Origin: Schizosaccharomyces osmophilus
Lineage: Eukaryota
Direction: 5' to 3'
Assembly (NCBI RefSeq): GCF_027921745.1
Contig: NC_079238.1
Location: 3,906,001 to 3,970,000 of the forward strand
DNA: 64,000 bases
The notes beneath the pieces are model-generated. The model was not told where the DNA came from and did no database searches. It saw only the letters and a list, made by a program, of their open reading frames with translations. Position numbers and translations under genes: made by a program. Within the stretch, counting starts at the first letter, position 1. Every line of letters starts with the position of its first letter. This document shows, piece by piece, positions 36,216 to 48,247 of the stretch.

Positions 36216-37740
36216 ACGTTGGTTTCTTTTTCAAGTGCGAGCGATGATTTCAGCTTCTGCTTCTATTTCTCCAGGCTCAAATGACTCCGCAGTTTTGGTG
36301 GCCTTCTGCTTAGCTACTGACAGGTCAGTAAAGTTCGGTTAAAAAGCTTGTGTCACAAGGATCCGATCCACAGACATGTCCCTGGTCATCAGTCAAAACC
36401 ATAGTGCCATTTACCAGAATCTTGCACTAGTGCAGTGTCTCTACTAGTCTGAAACACAAATGTTACTAGGAATATGAACGTTCATCGTGATCAATGAGAG
36501 CAGTTCTGGATTGAGTTCGTTTAACGTTTTGTTAGCTATGCCAGTGTAATTCATAGTGCAGCAAAGGCCGGAAGCTAACAATATTAGATTTAATTGAAAA
36601 CACCAATTTTATCTATATGATTGTTTCCTGAATTCGTTTCCATGAAAAGAAATCCTTTCTTGTTCACTAAATGACTTTTACTCTGGTGAGACTCGAAGTT
36701 TCGATTACAGCCTATTTACGCTGTGCAATTTTGTAAAATGAAAAGGTGCTTGTAATCAAATTGGACCTTACTTTACCTTGATGTGAAAGTTTTCTCAGTC
36801 CTGGGATTTGATCAGATACATGAAATGAATCGAAGTTATTGAGCAGAACCAGTCGAATCTTCCAACACTCGGTTTCTATTGCTTTCTAAATGAATTAACT
36901 TGATTCGTTTCTTTTTCTTTCGTCGTTTTATTTCTGTCTTGTACGTTGTTTACCTTTTGTAATACACGACTCTTGTATATGTTTATAATACAACATCTGA
37001 GCCTTTACGATACAGCCCTAACGAATGCATCGCTGTCTCTCTAATTGTGGGAATCCTGTGAATTTGTATTTCTGAGTCTCCTGGTTCATCGTTCTGCTCT
37101 ACTCTGGCTGAGTGAAAGGAGGATAGAAAAGGTACAGGTAAATTGTTGGGTTATCATTCATTGAATCGTACAACATATTTCCTCTATTGTTCAGATGACC
37201 AGTGAATTTGGCACGACGATAGCTCTTTGTCAACAGACACCTCTAGAAAAACAATAGAGAACCTTCACTTACTACACAACTCCTCCCAGACGCAGATTCT
37301 TTTAAAATCATTGTCAAATTACATATTACCATTTACTTCATGTTATTGCTTACCAACTTTTGATGTAACAAACGAGCTTTTTACCTATCTATTTATAAAC
37401 ATAAATTTGCACGAACTTTCATATAGACAATGAGCTAGTCCATGAAAAGAAAAATCAACGGAAGATGATTAACAACAACAAAAATGAAAGTCTTGTAAAT
37501 CAACAAAAGGTTAGCGAAAACGACTTTGTATGAGATGACTATTAAAATTTTAAATAATAGAGAATATTTCTCCGATAAAATGAGCGATGTAAAATGTCGA
37601 CCATTAAAACCATAATCTTCCAAGAAATACGGCAAACACCGCTTGCCGTTCGGAAAACGCTCCATTCACTTTGTAAAAGTGAATTGATGATGTTTATTTT
37701 TAACACCTTTTGTGTTTTTACCTATATTCATACATGCACA

Positions 37741-37766
37741 TATATATATATATATATATATATATA
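37741..37766. repeat. (TA)13 microsatellite in the plb1 3' region
   Basis: Perfect TA run read directly. Confidence 0.9.
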
Positions 37767-37794
37767 CCTATTCCCAATATTTCACGAGTTGCGC

Positions 37795-39621
37795 TTACAA
37801 ACGAGGAGTAGGGTCATAGACAATATCGTCGTTGGCAGCGGTGTCATCGATAATACCACTCCAGCAGAAGTCTTGGTAGCATTGCTGGCATTCAGGGCTA
37901 GCAGTAGCGTTTTGACGTTCCAAAGTACGCTTAACAACGGCACAAGCAACACATTGACCAAAGTAAGTCTCATTGTCCAAGGTAGTAGAAATCAAACCGT
38001 TCAAAAGAAGGTTGTTTTGTTGGTCAGCGGTGTAATAAGTACGGTCAGTGGAGATGTTTGTGTAGTAATTCCAAGGAACGTTGGGAAGGTAGATGACCAA
38101 AGGAGGAGTATCACGAGTGACAGGGCGATCGCCAGCAGTGGTGTTGCGGCCATCACAGCCAAAGAAGATGGGACGGTTGTTGTAATGAAGGCTTACAAAA
38201 GACTGGGTGCTGGGAACATAAGGGAAACCCTTAACGTTACTATGGCCCTTGTTTTGAGCATCCAAAACATGTTCATAAGTCTTGACAAGAGAGTTACCGT
38301 TGGGCCAGACATATTCCGAGTCAGCGCTGTTGTCGACCGCGAAGATAACGTCGACATCACGACCTTTTTGAATCAAAGGCCACAAAGGGAGGTTTTCACC
38401 GGTCATGGAAGAATCGACGATGTTTAAGTTTTCGTCGTTGGCCAAGTTGTTAGCAAGGCTAGTACGAGCGCTGGAAATACCACGGAAGGGATTAGGGATG
38501 GGAGCAACTTGTTCGCCGTGCTCAGAGAAGTTATTTTTTAAGTATTCTTGAATGAGAATACCGTTCTTGGTACTGGAGTCGTTGAAGTTGCGCATTTGGG
38601 TGTTGAAGTAGGTGGAAGAAAGAGCCATCATGAAGCCAAAGTTGTCATAGTTGACGACACAAGAGCCGTTGGAGCTAGCGCCGTTGTCCAAAGAAGTACC
38701 CAAGTATTCGGTGGGGATGAAAGCATCGATGCCGGCATCAAAGGTACCAAAGACATCGGGAGAAGCTTCCAACATGATCGAGCTGAGGTCATCGACTTGG
38801 TCAGAATAGTTTTGGTTGGTAGCAAAAGTGATGATGGGATAGGGAAAGTCAGCCTGTCTGTACCACTCTTGGTCGGAAATGCTAGAGTAAGAGATGTTAG
38901 GCATACCATAGTGACTGTCACCAAAAGGACGACCCAAGACACGGCCCCAGTAGTCAGAGAGGGAGATGTTAAAGCCAGCATTGAGCTTGGCTGTGACCTG
39001 GGATATGAGGTTCTTGTAAAAACTGGCGTTGAAGACAATGGCACTCTTGGGGTACATGACAGGCTTAGCCAATTGCCAAACGCTGCCGGAAAGCTCCTCA
39101 ACGGTGGAGAAGTTGTTGACGGCCATAGAGCCTAGGGTCCAAGCACCACCGTCGGCACCAACGATGTAATCGGAGGCTTGAAGAAGACCAGAGAAGATTG
39201 TATGATTGCTATGGCGAGCATCCATAGCGGAGATGGCACCACCATCCAAAAGCATGGCACGGAAACCACCACCGGACAAAGCAATACCGATAGAAGGACC
39301 GTTTTGGCCGGACAGGCTATCGGTAGCCATGTTGGGTAATTGAGCATTTCTAAGGAAGTCTTTCACGGCACTGTTCGTTTTCGAGGAACGGCTGCTCATG
39401 TACTGGGACTCGGCACGAGGAATGCTACCATTTGAAAGAGTCTCGACGATGTTACGAGAAGGGCATTCAGCGTAATAGGGAGCATAGCTGGGTTCGTTGC
39501 TGCCGCCGCTTTTGCGTTTTTGTGCAAAGACCACAGAGGGTTCTTCATTTGCGGGAAAAGCAAAAGTATGAAGGCAAGAAGCCAAAAATAAGGTCCAAAG
39601 ACTTAATCCACGAAGCAGCAT
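37795..39621 (-). CDS. plb1: Phospholipase B homologue Plb1
   Basis: MLLRGLSLWTLFLASCL signal peptide, SYAPYY.ECP, SGGGFRA, GFPYVP, RPIFFGC; strong codon bias; the lipase box reads GADGG. Confidence 0.9.
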   Translation of the reverse strand: MLLRGLSLWTLFLASCLHTFAFPANEEPSVVFAQKRKSGGSNEPSYAPYYAECPSRNIVETLSNGSIPRAESQYMSSRSSKTNSAVKDFLRNAQLPNMATDSLSGQNGPSIGIALSGGGFRAMLLDGGAISAMDARHSNHTIFSGLLQASDYIVGADGGAWTLGSMAVNNFSTVEELSGSVWQLAKPVMYPKSAIVFNASFYKNLISQVTAKLNAGFNISLSDYWGRVLGRPFGDSHYGMPNISYSSISDQEWYRQADFPYPIITFATNQNYSDQVDDLSSIMLEASPDVFGTFDAGIDAFIPTEYLGTSLDNGASSNGSCVVNYDNFGFMMALSSTYFNTQMRNFNDSSTKNGILIQEYLKNNFSEHGEQVAPIPNPFRGISSARTSLANNLANDENLNIVDSSMTGENLPLWPLIQKGRDVDVIFAVDNSADSEYVWPNGNSLVKTYEHVLDAQNKGHSNVKGFPYVPSTQSFVSLHYNNRPIFFGCDGRNTTAGDRPVTRDTPPLVIYLPNVPWNYYTNISTDRTYYTADQQNNLLLNGLISTTLDNETYFGQCVACAVVKRTLERQNATASPECQQCYQDFCWSGIIDDTAANDDIVYDPTPRL

Positions 39622-40029
39622 TGTGTAGATGTGTGGAAGATTAATGACAAATTTTCAACCTTCCTGAAATTAAGTTTCAGTAAGAAGTTTTAAATGGTGG
39701 GAAGATGACTTTATAAGAGTGAAATTTTTCAATGAACACGTCACTTGAAACGAGATTACCCCGAATTAACGACGTATGAATCAGAGGCCCGTGTGATAGA
39801 TTCCGAAAAGGTAACAATTTGCCTCGACCACCACAGGTAACAAAAATGATGGAGGAGATTCGGAGAAGCTGGGGGAAAATGCACGAAGACGACGATTCGC
39901 TCGCTATAGAAAAAGTTGAATTTGCAAATTTTCAAGATGCCACGAAAGGAGCAGCTTGCTGGAGCAGTTGTCTGGAAGCTGAAAGCTAGAAGCAGTTTGT
40001 AGCAATAAGAAAGAATGCGACAGAGACGG

Positions 40030-40183
40030 AAACGAAACGAAAACGAAAACAAAAAGTGGCTGGTCTTTTCTGTTTGTCTGTGTCTGTCTTGCGATAAGAA
40101 ACGTTTGCCTTTGGAAAGCGCGGTTGGAGAATTGAGTTGTGTTGAATTGGATTAAATTGAATAGAAATAGAAATAGAAATAGA
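40030..40183. repeat. Short tandem repeats in the plb1 upstream region
   Basis: AAACG/AAAACG run at about 40030-40050 and (GAAATA)n at about 40158-40183. Confidence 0.6.
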
Positions 40184-41264
40184 GAACTTAAAATAATAAA
40201 TATAAATGCTAATGAAAAAAAAAAGTGTCGTCAATTTGGCGTTTATAGTAAACACACGTTTGTGACGGCATTCCTACGAAAACATCTTGCAAAGAGACAA
40301 CAGACCTTGTAAAGGAGACACACGTAGGATCCAAACATAAACAAAAAAAACTACATAAACGCCAAAAACAGAAACCGAATGCACTCGTTTTCTGCCCCAA
40401 ACCTCATTTCCATCCATGCGCTTCTCTTGGATTCCCCACAGTCATTTCCATATAGACTTGTATCCCACTCCATAGCTATGTGGGGAAACGAAACGCTCGA
40501 CTTACAAGAGCCTTCACCTCAGACGGCCCCCATTCTGTCCCTACTTTTTTCCAAGTGGGGATCTCCGAAAGCGCTAAAAAGGGAAACAGCAATACATAGT
40601 ACATGTTAGTATGAATACCATAGAACAAAAATGGGGAAAAAATAGAATTAAAAATAGGGAAAAATGGAATAAAAAAAAATCAACTATTCTGAAAAAGTAA
40701 ACAATTAAAAGGATTGTTTTTGTTTTTGTTTCTTTTTTATTCCATTTTTCCCTATTTTTTGATGTGCGATTGTTACCTTTTCTGCCATTCTTTGTTGCCT
40801 GATACTTCCCATACAATTGCCTCATTGGATGCAAATTTGCGGAGAAAGAAAACCTCGGCAAGTCCATGTTCCTTGGTTTTCTTCCTTCCGTTTTCATTGG
40901 CTTTCAGCATGGGCTTAATTTCACTCTAGATAACATTTCCCCACTGCATCGATCGACATCGTTGTCTAGATGTTCGGACATCATTTCGTAGTCGCTAGTA
41001 AAGCGTCCAATCATGTGCGAGCACTCTTTTTTTTCTTCCCGTACGAACACCTATCAGTGATTACAAACCGTACGTTCCTAGTGCACTGTAGTGCATTGCG
41101 ATCCCCAATTCTTTTTTTCAAGGCTAGCTACTTTTTCGTTGCACGACCCTAACCCCTTTTACCACTCCAAGCACCCTTGTCCGTAAACACAAATTACCAC
41201 ATCGCATCAATGGCTACTAATGATATGTATATATGTATGGAAATAAATAATTCATTCACGATTA

Positions 41265-41316
41265 GACTAGGACTAGGACTAGGACAAGAATAAAAACAAA
41301 AACAAAAACAAAAACA
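41265..41316. repeat. (GACTAG)3 and (AAAAAC)n repeats in the ptl3 3' region
   Basis: gactaggactaggactaggac followed by aaaaacaaaaacaaaaacaaaaac. Confidence 0.7.
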
Positions 41317-41357
41317 TTCAAGAGATACAATGATTTTATGACCTCCATTCATTATAA

Positions 41358-42902
41358 TTACGAATGCACATGTAGCAACCTTTTTTGTGCTTGCGCGTTC
41401 ACGCGACCCGCGTTGAACCGGTTTGGAATCATGTCAATTTCTCGTTTTGTCTTTCCTTCTGCTTGTAGTTTTTTCACAATGCGTGTGTATGCACTCTCAA
41501 TCAAAATTTCAATCGCACAGTGGTTTCGTGTCACTGGAATCCTTTTCCATGTTCCTCGCTTTCCTCTTGTCATAGCGTCTAGCAGGAACGAAGGCGTTGG
41601 ATTTTTTATCACCTTCTTGACTTGTCGATAATTTAATTTTGGAAGAATCGTAATGTCTCCAGAGTATTTTTGTGTAATTACAGATTGAAGCTTGGTGAAA
41701 AATGTAGGGAAAATCCCTATTTCCGATAAAAGCCGAAATGTAAGACTCACCTCCTGTGCCGCTAAATCAATCGCCTTTTTCGCACATCGTTCCCACCAAC
41801 TGTGAGATGTCGGATCCATGATAAATGGTACAATGTGAAAATTCACTTGCGACACAATAAAATGGTTCACATGAAACAGCTCGGTAAGCTTCGAATGCGG
41901 GATATCATTGTCGACCGAACCATCCATCCATAAAGGCGCATCCGTCACACAAAACGCCGCAATTTCTCGTGTCAATGGATCTCTTTCCCATAACGTCGCA
42001 GGCTGAAATAGAAACGGTACTGAACATGTCGCCACTACCGCACTCCAAATGAGAACATTCGGCGTCGTAATGTAGTTTAGCAAACTAGGCATCTCATACG
42101 AACTGCCACAAGAGACCGTAACGTTCAAGACATAGCCTGATCGGTCAAATGCTTCTTGAAACGTATAATCACCAATCAACAGTTTCAACACTCTTTCTAA
42201 ATGACAAATGTCCAAAACACATCCCTTTGTAAAGTACTGTTTTAAACTTGCCCACAAAGAAAGCGGAGGAAGGTTCGGATCAGTGAATACATTCAAATCT
42301 CCCGTGTGAAATTGCTTTAATAGTATCTTTTGTTCTTCCGTGTTTCGTACTGCTGCTGCACACGCAACAATGGCTCCAGCAGACGAGCCACATATGATCT
42401 TCGGTACCAGGCCTTGTTCATGCAGATCTTTCAAAACACCTATATGATTCATGCCAAACGTACCTCCTCCGCTCAATATCAAAGCTGTATTTCCCACAGT
42501 AAACTTGAGTTTCGAAAACTCAACTAGCTTTTCCTCCATCGATACTTCTGGGCTCTCTTCCAGAAACTCAACACACAATAGAACTTCCTGAATAAATTCA
42601 TCAATCAGTTTTTTTGTTCCAGAATATGCGTAATTGTATAATTGACTATTATCTAGGTTTGCAAAGTCTCTCGCAACTGAACTTTGTAAAATTCCAAACA
42701 TGAGCCTCACGTCTCCAGAAAGCCGAAGTTTCTTCAATTCATGAAGTCTGCTTTCAACTAACTTGTAGTTGTACTCTTCTGATTCGGGTCGTTCTCGCCA
42801 TTCATATTTTCCTTCTGCCATGTCCAGTTTCTCGGCGGCCTGAAGCCAATCTTCGTATGTGGAAGCATATTCCATTTGAAATTTCAATTCATCTTTAGAC
42901 AT
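41358..42902 (-). CDS. ptl3: Patatin-domain triacylglycerol lipase
   Basis: SGGGTFG, GSSAG, W.DGS, HFIVSQVN motifs; syntenic with SPAC1A6.05c. Confidence 0.85.
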   Translation of the reverse strand: MSKDELKFQMEYASTYEDWLQAAEKLDMAEGKYEWRERPESEEYNYKLVESRLHELKKLRLSGDVRLMFGILQSSVARDFANLDNSQLYNYAYSGTKKLIDEFIQEVLLCVEFLEESPEVSMEEKLVEFSKLKFTVGNTALILSGGGTFGMNHIGVLKDLHEQGLVPKIICGSSAGAIVACAAAVRNTEEQKILLKQFHTGDLNVFTDPNLPPLSLWASLKQYFTKGCVLDICHLERVLKLLIGDYTFQEAFDRSGYVLNVTVSCGSSYEMPSLLNYITTPNVLIWSAVVATCSVPFLFQPATLWERDPLTREIAAFCVTDAPLWMDGSVDNDIPHSKLTELFHVNHFIVSQVNFHIVPFIMDPTSHSWWERCAKKAIDLAAQEVSLTFRLLSEIGIFPTFFTKLQSVITQKYSGDITILPKLNYRQVKKVIKNPTPSFLLDAMTRGKRGTWKRIPVTRNHCAIEILIESAYTRIVKKLQAEGKTKREIDMIPNRFNAGRVNAQAQKRLLHVHS

Positions 42903-43774
42903 TTACATTTATCTAACCGTAGTCTTGTATTTCTTAAAAATCGCCTCAATTAGGTCCTCAATGAGATTGGTTAAAAGTTACTTCAAAAATTGTTGAGTAT
43001 GAGAGGGAATTGCAAAGAATGGGTATACACAAACATTCGCCTTAAATAAGCCTAAATACAATACCTCTTTAAAAAAACATGTAATAGTGGGTCGATTGAA
43101 CTTTATTACAAAAAACTGACTATTATGCTTTTGCCATCTGCGCACAAATTGGATAGCTCTATTCAGTAATAACTCGAAATCAAAAAGATATATAATAAGA
43201 TGTAAAAAATACTATTTTTTTTTATTTCATTCATGCATTCTCAAAAAAATCTTGTGATTCTATGATTTAGTATAAAATTGTATAAGCTGGTGAAAATTTA
43301 TGCTTGCGTCACTATAGTAAACAAACAAAGTATCGAGCTTTGTCCATGGAAGAAATGCTATTGTCTTCAGCTTTCTGAATACCGTTACGTTGGAATCATC
43401 CATCTTGAGAATTTGGCTATAGAAGAGGTAAGAAATAAGCGGTCCTTGCTTGCCTTGATTTATTTTGTAAGATTTGTGCTATACTAAAAAATACTATCTG
43501 GTAACTTTTATTTATGCGCTGCACAGACGAAGGACCAACGATGTATAAGATATAAAGTGAATAAAAAATAATAGAAACCACGACAGATATTTGCATTATG
43601 TACTGTTTGTATACTCTTTTCGTCGCTGAATATATACAAGAAAAAAATATTGGTCATTCTAAGCGTCCAAGCCGATAAACATATAGGTAACTGAAGAATG
43701 AACCAATATTTTGAAGTAGCAGCGAGGACAATAGGAGCCTTTTACGGGCAAAAGCCGCCAATTCGAAAAGTCGT

Positions 43775-44399
43775 TTACAATTGAATTGGCTTTTCAGGAA
43801 GATCAAAACCATTTTGGAAACGAATTTCTTGTTCTTTACCATCAGAAATATATTGGATTTCCACATCCTCAATGGAGTGGATTTTAATAACGTTATTGAA
43901 AACAAGTAAGCAACAACCCAATTGGAAAAAGCTGTATAGGTTGGATGCAGCAACAATCACCATAAAGACCTTTTGCATATTGGCGCTGCACATCATTACG
44001 TTTTCGCTGCCAAAGACTTCGCATAATATATAGGGGTTCATGGAAAAGTAAATCAAGACGCATGATCTTAAACACATGCTAAAGAAGGCATCGGTCGTCG
44101 ACCACAAGAGTAGAAGATGAGACCAAGAGATTTTTTTCTAAGTAGTTAGCATATCATTTCGGGTCGCCTACTTCGCGGAGTATTTCTTCTTGTGAACAAA
44201 CCTTGTAAGCCAAAAAAGTTCCAATGAATCCGGAAATAAGAGTACCAATGCCCCAAAGTCCAACGTGTTTCCATCCTCGCAGGAGACAGTACAGCAATGA
44301 AAGATTCATGCCGACAATGGCTGCGAACATAAAAAGGCAAGGAATCTTTACATATTCGATAGACCTCAGAAAAGTAAAAACTTTGGAGAAAGAAGGCAT
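43775..44399 (-). CDS. meu31: Multi-TM meiotic protein Meu31-like, 2 exons, 186 aa
   Basis: Intron 44138-44201 (GTTTGT..CTAAC..TAG) joins two hydrophobic ORFs in frame; FLEX sites upstream; identity by synteny. Confidence 0.6.
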
Positions 44400-44508
44400 T
44401 ATAAATTTCTGCTTATCAATAAAAAGATGCTTGTTGTTTGTAAGTCTACTTAAAGCCAGTCTCTATAAATAAACACGGCCTTTTGTTTTTTTTTGTGTAT
44501 GTGTGCAT

Positions 44509-44570
44509 GTAAACATAAACATCTACTCCAAATCAAACCCATCGACATACATTAGGAAACCATTGTTTAC
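44509..44570. promoter_or_regulatory. Two FLEX (Mei4/forkhead) elements upstream of meu31
   Basis: GTAAACA at 44509-44515 and TGTTTAC at 44564-44570. Confidence 0.55.
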
Positions 44571-45071
44571 CTTATGTCATACTTCTCCTGTAACATGTTA
44601 ATTAACATGGTAAAAGAGACATTTTACAGTGCTTTCTAGTGGTTTTATATAGGATTTCAAGTCATATGATTGCTAAATGGAAGGGCTTCACTTTTTGTTT
44701 TAGAACACAGCGACTTGTAAAGTTGCAAACTGATTTCGAAATTGTTTACTTAAGTTCCAAATTTCCATCCTGTCGAGTTGGAAATATAGAACTATGCACG
44801 TTCGTCATAATGCAAGTATGTTTTGCAGCAATGGGAGAAAACATCTAGTCATTTCATTTTTTTTTTCGGGGTTTTTTTTGTTTTCCAATTTTTATTTATT
44901 TTTTATTTGTTTACGTTATTCGGCTATTTTTGTCTTCACAATCGTCATAATTCTTACGTACGTAATTGATTTTTAAACGAAATGCCTGAAGACAACAATC
45001 ATCATTCTTCAACTTACCGTCTGCCAACATCTAATCGTGTTTGAATCGTTAGACACGACCAGATTTAGATC

Positions 45072-46685
45072 ATGAGCAATGGTTCAAAAAACTATAATGC
45101 GCAGTTGACTGCAGCAGCAGCTTCAACAGCTCTTCACAATCCTAGGGGATATAATAACGATGAAAACCATAGAACAGTAAACTCTTTCCTTGGAAACCGT
45201 ACTCTAACTTTCTCAAGTTCTACAAAATCACCTCAGTATGACTACTTACGATCAAAGGCAATGCACACGCCGTATGTTCCAAGAACAAGTGGTAGCAATT
45301 TGCGTAATCCAAACCCGGTCTATAATCCCTCTTCTCCTGCTGCAAGTAGTTATACACCCTCAAGTACTGGAAAAAGATATACTTTGACTTCCGCTTCTGC
45401 AAAGTATCTCACAAAATCTGAAAGACAGAGAAATCCTTCTAGCTATGCAAACGACTTTACTCCTTCTTTTTCCCTTCCTATAGAGCGTCAACGTGCACCG
45501 TCTATCACCAGCAACATTTCGGAAACTCCTAGTACTAGAGATTATGAGGATTCTCGATTACATACGAAGGCCCCTCAGTACGCTCGAGAAATTTCTCAAC
45601 GACCTAATAATGTCGGTCAAACAATACAAGGAAGTACAACCTCAACGAATCGTATCCCTCTTTCAAGCCGAAACAGCCATCTGGGCTCTCCTATCCTTAC
45701 AAACAACATTAGATCTATTGTTTCAAGTAGCGCGCCCTCTTCACCAGCTGGTAATCAAGCTTCTTATTCAGTTTCATCTCCTTTACAACGTTCTAGCACT
45801 GTAGGGCGCCCTTCACCAGGTTCGATCCAAAAATCAGCTATGAAAAAACATTCTCCAGTCGTTTCGGTTGACGGACAATTACCCGAATATACGCCTAAGA
45901 AACGCGTAAGCATTTACGAGGATAAGGACAGTAATAGGATGGATAACTCTTCATCAGAATCGCTTTATCAGGACGTCAATGAAGAATTTGAATCTAACCC
46001 AACTGAGTTGAGTGGATCACCTGCTTTCTATGTTCCATCAACAAAACGTATCTCTGTTATACCATCCAATGTTCCTCGCAGTCCTTCTCACTCTGCCAAA
46101 TCTGACAATACGCAGTTTATATCTTTAGAAGATGCTGCGAAAAAAAGAGTTGAAGAAATGCTTAGACAAATGGACGGTAATAATCAAACCAATAGTATGA
46201 GTCAAATGTCTAACAACGGTCTTCCATTGGAAACTATTCCAGATGACAATACGTCTTTTGTTTCAGAAAGCAGCTTCGATCGCGATGGCAACAGAGGCCG
46301 TGGTCGAAACCTGCTTGCTAAATTAAAACCCAAAAGGTCTAGCTCAAAGGCATCACGTGACTTGCCTTATGGTCATTACGGTGCTTCTTATTCCTCTTTG
46401 GTAGGCAATGGCAACGGCCGTTATACACTGCGTGGGTCTAACGCGGGTAATCAACAACGCGAACCTATTTATTCTCTTCGGCAAACATCCCAACCTGATA
46501 ATACGCACGAAAGAAGATCTTACACTTTCAGTGGTACTAACCCTATGGCGACGGATGATACAGCTTATGAAAATAGATTTGTCAATGATAGTGACAGTAT
46601 GCTGGATAATCAACCTCCTCAAAAGCCCAAGAAAAAGGGAAATAAGCTAAAAGCCTTTAAAAAGCTTTTTAAAATCAGATTTTGA
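45072..46685 (+). CDS. sle1: Eisosome protein Sle1 (Seg1-like)
   Basis: Ser/Pro-rich disordered protein with N-terminal AAAASTAL and basic C-terminus KLKAFKKLFKIRF; syntenic with SPAC1A6.07. Confidence 0.7.
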   Translation: MSNGSKNYNAQLTAAAASTALHNPRGYNNDENHRTVNSFLGNRTLTFSSSTKSPQYDYLRSKAMHTPYVPRTSGSNLRNPNPVYNPSSPAASSYTPSSTGKRYTLTSASAKYLTKSERQRNPSSYANDFTPSFSLPIERQRAPSITSNISETPSTRDYEDSRLHTKAPQYAREISQRPNNVGQTIQGSTTSTNRIPLSSRNSHLGSPILTNNIRSIVSSSAPSSPAGNQASYSVSSPLQRSSTVGRPSPGSIQKSAMKKHSPVVSVDGQLPEYTPKKRVSIYEDKDSNRMDNSSSESLYQDVNEEFESNPTELSGSPAFYVPSTKRISVIPSNVPRSPSHSAKSDNTQFISLEDAAKKRVEEMLRQMDGNNQTNSMSQMSNNGLPLETIPDDNTSFVSESSFDRDGNRGRGRNLLAKLKPKRSSSKASRDLPYGHYGASYSSLVGNGNGRYTLRGSNAGNQQREPIYSLRQTSQPDNTHERRSYTFSGTNPMATDDTAYENRFVNDSDSMLDNQPPQKPKKKGNKLKAFKKLFKIRF

Positions 46686-46980
46686 AAACATTATTAAGAA
46701 TGGCAGACGCTTGAATTCATAATTGTGCCTTCTGATGCGTTTAATTAGCATGACTTGTTGGCGGATTTATCTAATTACCATCTACTATTGGAATCTTATT
46801 AATCTATAATTTATTATAACTCCGCAGTCATTGTACTGTTGTTTGCCGTTTTCATCTCCCTCAAAATGTTATAATTTCATTACAAGCTTTGTGGTGTTAA
46901 TTTAATCGTGTTTCTTTTTGTTGATACTTTTGGCTAAACAAATCACATTTCATATAATCAACGCTATTATTAAGCAATTA

Positions 46981-47811
46981 TCAAGTAAAAAAAAATGGTT
47001 TGTTACCACTGCGATGGTCACGACTGGCAAGATCCTCTAAGTATTTTCTCGATAAAACTTCCGTAATTGTAGGTTCTCTTTCTTCCCAGTTCATAATAGT
47101 TTCATTGAGTAAGTACTTGTCGGTATAATCTTGATAATAACTTATTTGCTCCTTCAGATCATCATTTGGATTGTAACGAAGTGGTTCAACATCAATGAAA
47201 GTTCCTTGATCATCAACTGGATATCCGTTTTCCATGCTCGATAAACCATCCATTAGTGAAATCCTGCAGCTTTCTGCGTCGCTCATAATTTCTGGAGAGT
47301 GGCTACTTAGCTCCTCATCGTCTGATTGCAGTTCAATTATTTCCACTGAGCCTATGTTTTCCTTCTCTTCGGCGTCCGATGGCTTTGAATTTCGTAATGG
47401 ATATTGAATATCTGACTTGGCACGTAGTGCTTTGTCAGACACTGACCTGGTCGGTATACGATTAATAGTATTCGCATGAGTATCGTTTGAATTCAAAGAA
47501 TCCTTATGCTTGCCATTGGATTTCATATACGATAAACGAGCACAGCCAGTCGAAAAAGAATATCTAGTCTCTTTTGGTTCATCATTAAATACGACCAAAG
47601 CCTCACAGTTCGCATCATTGTTTTGTTTATCATTATCTGAACTTCCTAATGCATTTTCAGAATAGTTTTCACGAACAGCTGATATCCATGATACTAAAGG
47701 ATCATAACTAGAACTTTGGTTGCTTGGGAATTCCATAGCTAAACGAGCAGCAAAGGATGAAACTCGTTTACTATTTAAAGTAGAATCTTTGTTCTCTTTA
47801 AATCCATTCAT
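46981..47811 (-). CDS. mug125: Schizosaccharomyces-specific protein, Mug125-like
   Basis: 276-aa intronless ORF; identity by synteny only. Confidence 0.55.
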   Translation of the reverse strand: MNGFKENKDSTLNSKRVSSFAARLAMEFPSNQSSSYDPLVSWISAVRENYSENALGSSDNDKQNNDANCEALVVFNDEPKETRYSFSTGCARLSYMKSNGKHKDSLNSNDTHANTINRIPTRSVSDKALRAKSDIQYPLRNSKPSDAEEKENIGSVEIIELQSDDEELSSHSPEIMSDAESCRISLMDGLSSMENGYPVDDQGTFIDVEPLRYNPNDDLKEQISYYQDYTDKYLLNETIMNWEEREPTITEVLSRKYLEDLASRDHRSGNKPFFFT

Positions 47812-48247
47812 ACTTATTTTTTTGAATTAATCAGGTTGTTGCTTGCGTTACAAATATTCCACTTGCAATATTCATAAAGTAAACATACATAAACAAACAA
47901 AGGCATTGTTGTTCTCGAGACAACAGGCAAGGTTTTCAGCTTAACTAACATAAATTGAAAAAATTCTGGCATATTAGCTAACGATTTATTAAAAGAAATG
48001 AAGGAAAAAAAACTAACTTCTCTAATTAAAGTTCGAATAAAACGAGTACCACTCATATAACTTTCCTGTGCAGAGAAAAGAGTATAAAAGGCGGCTTCTG
48101 AAACTCTTCATTTGATTACTCAAAAGTAGTTCATAACACTCAGCATTCAAGGATATTGAATGTTACTCTAAAATTCCTTGAATCACTTTTCAAAGAAACC
48201 AATTTGGAGCTCCCCAATTAATTTAATTACACAAAAATCGTTGTTAT

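Noticed and set aside
36470..36530. Minus-strand TALIDHD..TMNV resembling a retroviral protease ALIDSGA motif upstream of the integrase relic
   Set aside because: Too degenerate, and too close to the integrase to leave room for RT/RNase H without a large deletion; cannot be supported without an HMM search.
37594..39135. Long plus-strand ORFs (277 aa, 195 aa) antisense to plb1, and similar shadow ORFs over spt5 and the plb paralogue
   Set aside because: Expected from strong codon bias on the coding strand; no recognisable motifs.
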